From an uncultured delta proteobacterium (GTDB taxonomy: Bacteria > Desulfobacterota > Binatia > UBA9968), in NCBI GenBank assembly GCA_963745835.1, contig CAVUZH010000001.1, forward strand, positions 32,001-96,000: 64,000 nt of DNA. The letters run 5' to 3'. The notes beneath the pieces were generated by a model. It did not search any database. It saw nothing but the letters and a program-made list of their open reading frames with translations, and was not told the origin of the DNA. A program made the position numbers and the translations under genes. Shown here piece by piece: positions 56,437 to 64,000 of this stretch; position 1 is the first letter of the stretch, and each line of letters starts with the position of its first letter.

Positions 56437-57116
56437 TAACAACCGCGCTTGCGGCCAAGCGGCTTTTCGATATAACGGTCGCGGCTAACGCTCTGATATT
56501 TCTCTCGCCGCTGATCGGGCTGATTCTGTTGGCGATCAAATGGGATGACGGCAGGCCGGTATTTTTTGTTCAAGACCGGGTCGGCAGGGGACGGAAAAAT
56601 TTTCGCTGCTACAAGTTTCGCACGATGGTCATCGGCGCGGAGAATATGGGCAATAAAATGACGGTGACAGCGGATGACGAGCGCATCACACGGGTTGGGC
56701 GGCTCTTACGTAAGTGGACACTGGACGAGATTCCGCAGCTCTGGAATGTACTCAAAGGCGATATGAGCATCGTCGGGCCGCGACCGTGGGTGCCGAGCCA
56801 GGCGGCCTACTGCTCGGCAGAGGACGGCCGGCGCTTCGACTTTAAGCCTGGAATGGCGGGGTTGGCGTGGATTAATGGGCGCAATCGACTGCCTTGGGAT
56901 GAACGGGTTCGAATGGATCTTTGCTATGTCGATCACTGGTCGTTGTCGTTGGACTTCTCGATCTTACTAAAGGCGGCCGTGTTACTTTTTCGCCGCGACG
57001 GCGTTTACTTTCCGGAGGTCAGCGATGAGCAGGGAGTTAACAGCAAGAGCAACGAGCATGGAGCAAGGAGCGATGAGCTAAGACTTAGAAGTGAAACAGC
57101 TGGGGGTGAGACGTAG
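56421..57116 (+). CDS. Bacterial sugar transferase (undecaprenyl-phosphate phosphoglycosyl transferase, PglC/WcaJ C-domain-like)
   Basis: [47 protein letters not shown]. Confidence 0.92.
   Translation: MSLVRLTTALAAKRLFDITVAANALIFLSPLIGLILLAIKWDDGRPVFFVQDRVGRGRKNFRCYKFRTMVIGAENMGNKMTVTADDERITRVGRLLRKWTLDEIPQLWNVLKGDMSIVGPRPWVPSQAAYCSAEDGRRFDFKPGMAGLAWINGRNRLPWDERVRMDLCYVDHWSLSLDFSILLKAAVLLFRRDGVYFPEVSDEQGVNSKSNEHGARSDELRLRSETAGGET
57021..57082. repeat. Degenerate heptamer tandem repeat (AGCRNNG-like, nine units)
   Basis: AGCGATG AGCAGGG AGTTAAC AGCAAG AGCAACG AGCATGG AGCAAGG AGCGATG AGCTAAG. Confidence 0.75.
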
Positions 57117-57140
57117 AGGTTAGGGTTAGGGCGATAGCTA

Positions 57141-57281
57141 GAGACTGGGAGACTTGGAGACTGTGAGATGCGAAGACGAGATTAAGAGGTTAGGAAATTC
57201 TCGCTTCGAAGCTGTCAATCTCAATGAATCTCGATCCTAATCTCAAGAAGTCTCAATTGATTTGCTCAGAGATCAGAGATC
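57141..57281. repeat. Bipartite GAGAC / RTCTC repeat array 3
   Basis: GAGACTGGGAGACTTGGAGACTGTGAGAT...GAGATT, then AATCTCAATG AATCTCGATCCT AATCTCAAG AAGTCTCAAT, then TCAGAGA x2. Confidence 0.85.
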
Positions 57282-57283
57282 GC

Positions 57284-57362
57284 GAACAGATTATTTAAAA
57301 ACACATATCGCAAGCTGCTCAAAAAGAGCTCAGATGCGCAGCGCGCGAAGAAGCGACGAGCT
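57284..57362 (+). mobile_element. MITE-like element, copy D (left half only)
   Basis: CAAGCTGCTCAAAAAGAGCTCAGATGCGCAGCGCGCGAAGAAGCGACGAGCT matches the left halves of copies B and C. Confidence 0.7.
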
Positions 57363-57382
57363 AGTGAGCGGCTGGATAGCTG

Positions 57383-57443
57383 TTAGGTTTTGGGTATTCG
57401 GTAGTTCGGAAATTCAATACCCAAGACCCAGAACCGGAGAACC
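57383..57443. repeat. Heptamer-based hairpin
   Basis: TTAGGTT TTGGGTA TTCGGTA ... TACCCAA GACCCAG AACCGGA; GGTTTTGGGTATT pairs with AATACCCAAGACC. Confidence 0.7.
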
Positions 57444-57465
57444 AAAGAAAGAGAGGAAAGACATT

Positions 57466-58646
57466 GTGGCGGACGTTGACATCATCGGTGGTTCGGCAGC
57501 AGGACTTTTTGCAGCATATCTACTCGCGCGAGAAGGCAAGCGGGTACGGCTCTTCGATGCAAATGATGTGTTGAATGTCGAATCGCGAACCTTGATAACC
57601 ACATCGCGGCTCACAGATGTATTAGAGTTTTTTCCAGAAGAGGCCGTGGTCAATGAAATCGATCAGATCGACCTTCACTCTCCCGGTCGATCAGTGACGA
57701 TCCTGATGAAGGAACCGGACCTGGTTGTCGAGCGATCAGCGGTGGTCCGGTTGCTGGCCAGGAAAGCGCGTGATGCCGGGGTAGAAATTCGCCCGGGCTG
57801 CAAACTGGTCGATTTCAAGCCGAATGATCAAGGCTCTACGATAACTATTCGAGATACGCATCAGCAGATCTTCGAGAAATTCAAAACCAGAATTTTGATC
57901 GGCGCAGACGGCACGTCGAGCAGGGTCGCCAAGACCGCAATCGGCAATGGTCACGCGACGACGCCGCTGCTCCAAGCGGTCGTCGAGCTCCCCAGCGGCT
58001 GGCGCGCGGGTACGACCCAAGTGTGGTTTGAGCCTGAGGATACGCCGTACTTCTATTGGATGATCCCGCAATCGCCGACTCACGCAGCGATTGGCTTCAT
58101 CGCTGAGGAAGGAAAAAGTGCCAGGAGCAAGCTCGAACGATTTTTGAATCGAATCGGATTTAAACCTGTGGAGATCCAGTCTGCGCGCATACCGTGCTAC
58201 TCACATAGAATGCAGCCGTGGCGCCGCATATCGGGTTGTCAAGTTTATCTCGTTGCCGATGCGGCGGCGCAGGTCAAAGTGACGACAGTGGGCGGACTGG
58301 TCACCGGACTCCGCGGAGCCAAGGCTGCAGCTAGTGCAATTCTAGGATGCAGAGATTACGCAAAGGAACTGAGGTCGCTGCGGCGAGAGCTGAGCCTCAT
58401 CTGCTGATCCGGAGGGTTTTGAACCGGTTCCAGGGCGCGGATTACGACCGGCTTCTCGGTTTGTTAAACGAAAAGACCATCCACTTGTTGGGCAGATACA
58501 ACCGCGACCAGGCGGCTAGCATCGTATGCCGCATCCTTCTTGCGCAGCCGCGATTTATAAGTCTGGCGGCCGTGTTGTCGCGAAAAGAAATAACTGAGCC
58601 TTACAGGAACGGTTATAAGTCAACAGACGCCAGACTTGATGCGTAG
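57466..58646 (+). CDS. Geranylgeranyl reductase-like FAD-dependent oxidoreductase; apparent frameshift near 58398
   Basis: DIIGGSAAG, LIGADG, FYWMIP, VADAAAQVK..GG; C-terminus continues in the 58347 ORF frame. Confidence 0.8.
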
Positions 58647-58706
58647 TTTGGTGTATCCGAAGGTGACGATTTCGCACTAAGGCACCTGGTAATCGCATTT
58701 TGACCG

Positions 58707-58740
58707 GCCCGGCTGGGGAGTCCTCCAGACCGGGCTTTTT
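58707..58740 (+). terminator. Intrinsic terminator
   Basis: GCCCGG-CTGG...CCAG-A-CCGGGC followed by T5. Confidence 0.7.
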
Positions 58741-58837
58741 AATTTCAGCGATCAGCCGGTTCAAAAGTGTCGGAGGCCCGAGTGTCCGCATCAACGAACG
58801 CGGTGAGCTGGTCGTAAGCTTTAGTTTTCCTAGCTCG

Positions 58838-59269
58838 CTACAAAAACAGCATTGTCGCGATCAAGAGACATTCGACTAGCAGCAGAAATAGGTAAACCCA
58901 CCCGTAACGTCTCAGGTGATTGACGATTTCATATTTGCTCTTAAAGACCGGTGCTTGAGCCGTTGGGGCTTTAGCCGTTGGCCGTCGAGAAGGCCTATCT
59001 GCCGCCGGACGAGATGTCGGCCGGGGCTTGGCTGGCGGTTCAGCTTCGACTTTCCGGATCCATTCGTCATGTTTCCGTCGCAGATCAGGATCGGACAGAA
59101 CCCTGTAAGCCGCATTGATGATCGCCATGGTCCTGGACGCTCTCGGGTCACCCGGGTTTCGATCGGGATGGTACTTCTGTGACAAGGATTTATAGGCGGC
59201 GCGGATCACTTCGGGCGGCGCATCGCGTGCCACTTTTAAGTTGTCGTAGTGCGTGCGCACCTTAGGCAC
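58838..59269 (-). CDS. J-domain protein with C-terminal membrane anchor
   Basis: THYDNL...AYKSLSQKYHPDRN...INAAYRVLSDP; Pro/Ala linker; hydrophobic tail. Confidence 0.9.
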   Translation of the reverse strand: MPKVRTHYDNLKVARDAPPEVIRAAYKSLSQKYHPDRNPGDPRASRTMAIINAAYRVLSDPDLRRKHDEWIRKVEAEPPAKPRPTSRPAADRPSRRPTAKAPTAQAPVFKSKYEIVNHLRRYGWVYLFLLLVECLLIATMLFL

Positions 59270-59501
59270 GGCTGTCCTCCGTGAAATCAGTGAATGGTTC
59301 TTCGAGCTGTATCATCGGCATTTCATTCGGACAATTGCTCCGGCTGCTCCGCGCAAGCTTAGTTTAGCAGAATGCACGTCCGCCTGGTTGACGTCTTGTT
59401 TGCCATCGCACCGCTGCATATTATGACCGTAAAACGGCGGGAAACCAGTATGAACGAAGGTTGCTGACCGAAATTTACATGAGTTAGGATGTAATCTCTC
59501 G

Positions 59502-59990
59502 ATGAATTTGCGCATTGAAAGACGCGCGGCTCTTCTCTTGTTTATCGGATTACTGGCGTTTATGACGCTCGGAGCAACGACCGAGAAGACCGCTTATTCG
59601 GACGTATCAAACAAAGTACTCAAGCAAAAGTCGCTTCAGCTCGTCCAAGACATCCGCCGCTTGCTCGATTCTTACAAAAAAAAGGACAGCGAGTTAATGA
59701 CCGAGTACGACAGAAAAGACCGGCCGAACACGAGTAAAGGGGGGGCGCAGGCATCACGGCAGCAGTGGCTGAAAGACTCGGACCTGGCTCACGATTCAAC
59801 CATGCGTTACTACAAAGATCATTACTGGGCCGATGCCATATTGCTGGTTGGCGAGTTAAACCGGAGGCTGTCGAAACGAGCAAAGCAGCCTGAGGTCCTG
59901 AGACTGTACCAACATCCCACCAATGTTCTTGGTCTGGCCGCCGTAGCTGATCACCTGGAGCTTCATTCCAAGTTATTGCCGGACTCCTAA
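59502..59990 (+). CDS. Exported hypothetical protein
   Basis: N-terminal signal peptide; 162 aa helical composition. Confidence 0.7.
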   Translation: MNLRIERRAALLLFIGLLAFMTLGATTEKTAYSDVSNKVLKQKSLQLVQDIRRLLDSYKKKDSELMTEYDRKDRPNTSKGGAQASRQQWLKDSDLAHDSTMRYYKDHYWADAILLVGELNRRLSKRAKQPEVLRLYQHPTNVLGLAAVADHLELHSKLLPDS

Positions 59991-60088
59991 AACCATCCTG
60001 CACGAGATTGCTCGAAGTCGGTCGAAGCGGGGCGCGATTTGAAGAGCTAACTTCAGTGTGTTATAAACAGCCTGATCGCGAGGGAGTT

Positions 60089-60298
60089 ATGAAACAAGGC
60101 ATCCATCCAGAGTACAAGCAGGCGCAGGTGATCTGTGCCTGTGGCTTTACAGTTGAGACCCGTTCCACCGTCGGCAACATCCACGTCGATATCTGTTCCA
60201 ACTGTCACCCTTTCTTTACTGGGAAACAAAAATTCATCGACGCAGCAGGACGCGTAGAGAAGTTCAGAAAGCGATACGCCCCCAAAAGCGAAGCTTGA
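60089..60298 (+). CDS. rpmE: 50S ribosomal protein L31 (Zn-binding C+ type)
   Basis: [28 protein letters not shown]. Confidence 0.97.
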   Translation: MKQGIHPEYKQAQVICACGFTVETRSTVGNIHVDICSNCHPFFTGKQKFIDAAGRVEKFRKRYAPKSEA

Positions 60299-60350
60299 GT
60301 TCAGCGGAGGACTGGGGCTGAACTGAGAGACTTAACAGTTTCCGGCGCGG

Positions 60351-60390
60351 AAAGGGCAAAGAGTTGTCATCCTCTCTTTGCCCTTTTTTT
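60351..60390 (+). terminator. Intrinsic terminator after rpmE
   Basis: AAAGGGCAAAGAG ... CTCTTTGCCC followed by T7. Confidence 0.85.
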
Positions 60391-60428
60391 ATCTTTTCGG
60401 AAACATCCAATTTCTCAGGTTAAATCTT

Positions 60429-61493
60429 ATGCTTGATAAACTGGCCGAAGTTGAAAAGCGCTACGAAGAGCTGGAACGTTTGATGTCGGATCCGGGCCTT
60501 GCCAACCTACAGCGGGAATATTCCAAGCTGGCCAAGGAGAGATCCGAATTGGAGGAGATCGTCGTCTCTTACCGTGAATGGCGCAAGGTCGAGCAGGAGA
60601 TACAAGAAAATCGTCAACTCCTTGAAGAAAATGACGAGGCCATAAGAGAGCTCGCCAAAGAAGAGGTCAACGCTCTTCGTCAGCGTGAGGAAGAGTTGGA
60701 AAACCGTCTCAAGTATCTGATTCTGCCAAAAGACCCTAACGACAGCAAAAACGTCATTATCGAAATTCGCGCCGGCACCGGCGGTGACGAGGCCGCACTC
60801 TTTGCCGGCGAGCTTTACCGCATGTATTCTCGCTACGCCGAATCTCGCGGCTGGCGCGTTGAGATTCTGACGTCCAGTCCGACCGGACTCGGCGGCTTCA
60901 AAGAAATCATTCTGATGGTCGAGGGAAAGGGCGCCTATAGCCGGCTCAAGTTCGAGGGCGGAGTTCATCGAGTGCAGCGAGTTCCCGTCACCGAGGGTTC
61001 CGGGCGTATTCACACATCGGCAGTGACGGTCGCGGTGCTTGCGGAAGCGGATGAAGTGGAACTCGACATAGATCCGAAGGATATCCGCATCGATGTTTTT
61101 CGCTCGTCGGGACCCGGCGGCCAGAGCGTCAATACAACCGATTCTGCGGTGCGGATCACGCACGTCCCAAGCGGCATCGTGGTGTCATGCCAGGATGAGA
61201 AATCACAGCACAAGAACCGAGCCAAAGGGATGAAAATCATGATGGCCCGGCTACTGGAAAAGAAACAGGAAGAACAGCGCTCGGAGATTGCCGCAACGCG
61301 AAAGCTGATGGTTGGCAGCGGCGACCGGAGCGAACGGATTCGCACCTATAACTTTCCTCAAGGAAGGCTCACCGATCATCGCATCAATCTAACGATTTAC
61401 CAGCTCGAGCGTATCATGGACGGGCAAATCGATGAGATTGTCGATGGACTGATCACGCACTATCAAGCGGAAGCACTGAAGGCCACCGGGTGA
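60429..61493 (+). CDS. prfA: Peptide chain release factor 1
   Basis: [11 protein letters not shown] motif (VQRVPVTE), GGQ, RTYNFPQ. Confidence 0.98.
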   Translation: MLDKLAEVEKRYEELERLMSDPGLANLQREYSKLAKERSELEEIVVSYREWRKVEQEIQENRQLLEENDEAIRELAKEEVNALRQREEELENRLKYLILPKDPNDSKNVIIEIRAGTGGDEAALFAGELYRMYSRYAESRGWRVEILTSSPTGLGGFKEIILMVEGKGAYSRLKFEGGVHRVQRVPVTEGSGRIHTSAVTVAVLAEADEVELDIDPKDIRIDVFRSSGPGGQSVNTTDSAVRITHVPSGIVVSCQDEKSQHKNRAKGMKIMMARLLEKKQEEQRSEIAATRKLMVGSGDRSERIRTYNFPQGRLTDHRINLTIYQLERIMDGQIDEIVDGLITHYQAEALKATG

Positions 61494-62420
61494 TGACTTG
61501 CATGGATACCGACAGCCAGGTGGTATATTCAACGTCGGGACCGCAGACAATCCGTTGCGTACTCGTTGACGCTACACAGCGACTTAAAGCGGCGGGAATT
61601 GATTCGGCGCGTCTTGATGCCGAGGTGCTGATGTGCCACGCGCTACAAGTCGAGAAATCGCAGCTCTACGTCAGTCTCGATGAGCCACTGGAGCTTAGTG
61701 CGCGACGTAAGTTTAGTGATATTTTCTTGATCCGCCGGTTACACCGCGAGCCGATAGCCTACATCACCGGTTGTCAGGAGTTCTGGTCCCTGGATTTCCT
61801 AGTCACGCCCGATGTCCTCATTCCGAGGCCGGAAACCGAACGGCTCGTTGAGATCTCACTGGAATGCGCCGGCGCTTTCGATCGATGACTTGCCCTTGCG
61901 AATTCTCGATATCGGCACCGGCAGCGGCGCCCTTGCAGTCACACTGGCAAAGGAGCTGCCGCGGGCGCAAGTATTGGCCACGGATGTATCACCGGCGGCA
62001 CTCGAGATTGCGCGCCACAATGCCGCTCGTCATCAAGTCGCCGATCGGATTCAATTCCGTGCCAGCAATTTGTTCGAATTAATCAGAGAGCATGAGTTCC
62101 ATCTCATCGTTGCTAATCCTCCGTATGTTAGGCGCGGTGAGCTCCCCGCTCTGGCGCCGGAGGTTGGTCAGTGGGAGCCGCGAACCGCACTGGATGGCGG
62201 TCTTGATGGACTCGATTACTATCGCCGCATCGTAGGCCAAGGATGGCGTCATTTGCTGCCGGGCGGTGCGTTGATCATGGAAATTGGCGCTGCTATGGGA
62301 CGGGAGATTACGGCGTTGTTGGGCGACGCCGGTAATTATACGCCGCCGCTCGTGTACCAAGATTATGCCCTTAAGGATCGCGTGATTGTCGCTCACGCTG
62401 CGTCGCCAAACTCTACCTAA
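61490..62420 (+). CDS. prmC: Release factor glutamine methyltransferase; apparent frameshift near 61882
   Basis: [17 protein letters not shown], then DIGTGSG, NPPY and ALDGG in the next frame. Confidence 0.93.
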
Positions 62421-62431
62421 AGCCACAACCA

Positions 62432-63700
62432 ATGGACAAAATCATCGTGCACGGCGGAAAGAGACTCACCGGTGAAGTCACTGTCAGCGGATCGAAAAAT
62501 GCCGCGCTGCCAATTTTAATAGCATCCTTACTGACGGCGGAACCTTGCCGGTACCAGCGAGTTCCTAATCTGGCCGATATCCATACGACTTTGAAACTTC
62601 TCGGCGGGCTGGGTGTAAAGATCGACAAAGAGGGGTGGGCTCAAGGAACCAGCGAACTAACTGTGCAGGCCGAAATGGTTGGCAAACTCGAAGCCTCTTA
62701 CGATCTGGTCAAAACCATGCGCGCGTCTTTTTTGGTGCTGGGACCTTTGACGGCTCGCTTCGGCCAAGCCAGAGTCTCAACCCCCGGCGGCTGCGCCATC
62801 GGCGCGCGTCCGGTCAATCTGCATCTCAAAGGCTTGGAAGCAATGGGCGCGCGCATTGAGCACTCCCATGGCTACATCGAGGCAACTGCGGTTCGGTTGC
62901 ACGGGGCAAAGATCTATCTCGACTTGCCCTCGGTTGGCGCCACCGAGAATCTCATGATGGCGGCGACGCTTGCCGACGGCACAACGGTGATTGAGAATGC
63001 CGCCAAGGAACCCGAGATCGAGGATCTGGCCTCTGCCTTGAACAAAATGGGCGGGAGAGTTCGCGGCGCAGGCACCGACATTGTTCAGATCGACGGAGTA
63101 GATTCGCTGCATGGATTTTCGCACGAGATCATTCCCGATCGCATCGAAGCCGGCAGCTTCGTCATCGCCAGCGCCATCACCGGCGGTGATGTTTGGATTA
63201 AAGGCGCGCGGGCCGAACACTTGGACGCTTTTCTGATCAAGCTGCAGGAGGCGGGTGTCGTGCTTAGCTGCGATCCCGGCGGTATCAGAGTGCAGAGAAA
63301 TGGCAAAATCAAAAGCGTTGATGTAACGACTCTGCCTTATCCTGGCTTCGCAACGGATCTGCAAGCTCAGATGATGGTTCTCATGTCGGTGGCTGATGGC
63401 GTTAGCGTTATCACCGAAACGATTTTCGAAAATCGTTTTATGCATGCGCAGGAACTGGACCGTATGGGAGCCCAGATCCAGCTCGAAGGCAATCGCGCCG
63501 TGGTTCGTGGCGCCAGGGAGCTGTCGGGAGCGCCGGTAATGGCGACGGATTTGCGAGCGAGTATTTCGCTCATTCTTGCGGGACTAGTAGCAAGCGGGTC
63601 GACTGAAGTCTCCAGGGTGTACCACTTGGACCGGGGCTATGAATATATCGAAGAGAAACTATCGAGCCTGGGGGCGCAGATCGAGCGGGTTAAAGCGTAG
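62432..63700 (+). CDS. murA: UDP-N-acetylglucosamine 1-carboxyvinyltransferase
   Basis: [35 protein letters not shown]. Confidence 0.98.
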   Translation: MDKIIVHGGKRLTGEVTVSGSKNAALPILIASLLTAEPCRYQRVPNLADIHTTLKLLGGLGVKIDKEGWAQGTSELTVQAEMVGKLEASYDLVKTMRASFLVLGPLTARFGQARVSTPGGCAIGARPVNLHLKGLEAMGARIEHSHGYIEATAVRLHGAKIYLDLPSVGATENLMMAATLADGTTVIENAAKEPEIEDLASALNKMGGRVRGAGTDIVQIDGVDSLHGFSHEIIPDRIEAGSFVIASAITGGDVWIKGARAEHLDAFLIKLQEAGVVLSCDPGGIRVQRNGKIKSVDVTTLPYPGFATDLQAQMMVLMSVADGVSVITETIFENRFMHAQELDRMGAQIQLEGNRAVVRGARELSGAPVMATDLRASISLILAGLVASGSTEVSRVYHLDRGYEYIEEKLSSLGAQIERVKA

Positions 63701-63748
63701 GCAGCAATCCACGTGGTTCTTCGTCTCTGCCAGGGAGAATCGCTAACC

Positions 63749-64000
63749 GTGAAGGTTAGGATCTATAAAACATCTGAGCCGGGCTATCGCTCTCTGATCA
63801 GGCGAATTCTTGCGCGGCGTGGCGGTCGTCAAGGCGACATCGAGCAGCGCGTCAATGAGATCATCCGGATAGTGCAGCAACAAGGCGATCGCGCGGTGCT
63901 GCGTTACACTCAGGAATTTGACCAGAGGCGCATGACTCGCGCCAGCATGGAAGTCACAGCTGGTGAAATCGACCGGGCGATGGGCAAAGTGCCTGCCAAG
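63749..64000 (+). CDS. hisD: Histidinol dehydrogenase, N-terminus (truncated by window end)
   Basis: Manual translation from GTG: ...VNEIIRIVQQQGDRAVLRYTQEFD..., typical of the HisD N-terminus; follows murA. Confidence 0.8.
   Translation, partial: MKVRIYKTSEPGYRSLIRRILARRGGRQGDIEQRVNEIIRIVQQQGDRAVLRYTQEFDQRRMTRASMEVTAGEIDRAMGKVPAK

Noticed and set aside
57120-57131. TTAGGG x2, telomere-like
   Set aside because: Only two copies within a low-complexity tract; expected by chance.
55409-57281. CRISPR array interpretation of the repeats
   Set aside because: Units are degenerate and abut each other, with no unique 30-40 bp spacers and no cas genes.
57262-57465. N-terminal extension of the reductase ORF
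   Set aside because: Runs through repeat and MITE DNA; the Rossmann motif starts after GTG 57466, which has an RBS.

Overview
Bacterial chromosome segment. The gene repertoire (orphan NMT1/THI5 and Bug solute-binding proteins, VOC and cupin paralogs, delta-proteobacteria-like core genes) suggests Candidatus Binatia/Binatota or a relative; this is inference only. It opens with the end of an rRNA operon (16S 3' part, tRNA-Ile, tRNA-Ala, 23S, 5S). Mostly core genes follow: two nth paralogs, an Mla/Pqi-type ABC operon, mfd-surA-pdxA-pgm-uvrA, a hybrid iscS-iscA-sufB-nifS-Rrf2 Fe-S cluster, pcm/ftsB/eno, surE, cinA, pepF, nadK-recN and rpmE-prfA-prmC-murA-hisD. An accessory region of about 10 kb lies downstream of tRNA-Ala(GGC). 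Seven genes carry single-base frameshifts that look like long-read errors. The most unusual signals are non-coding. (i) At 55.2-57.5 kb, degenerate short tandem repeats (GAGAC/RTCTC-based 21-25-mers plus several 7-mers) switch orientation and bracket a toxin-antitoxin pair and a sugar transferase like cassettes. (ii) A 120-150 bp element with terminal inverted repeats occurs four times, once inside the 23S-5S spacer, and twice next to such short-repeat arrays.
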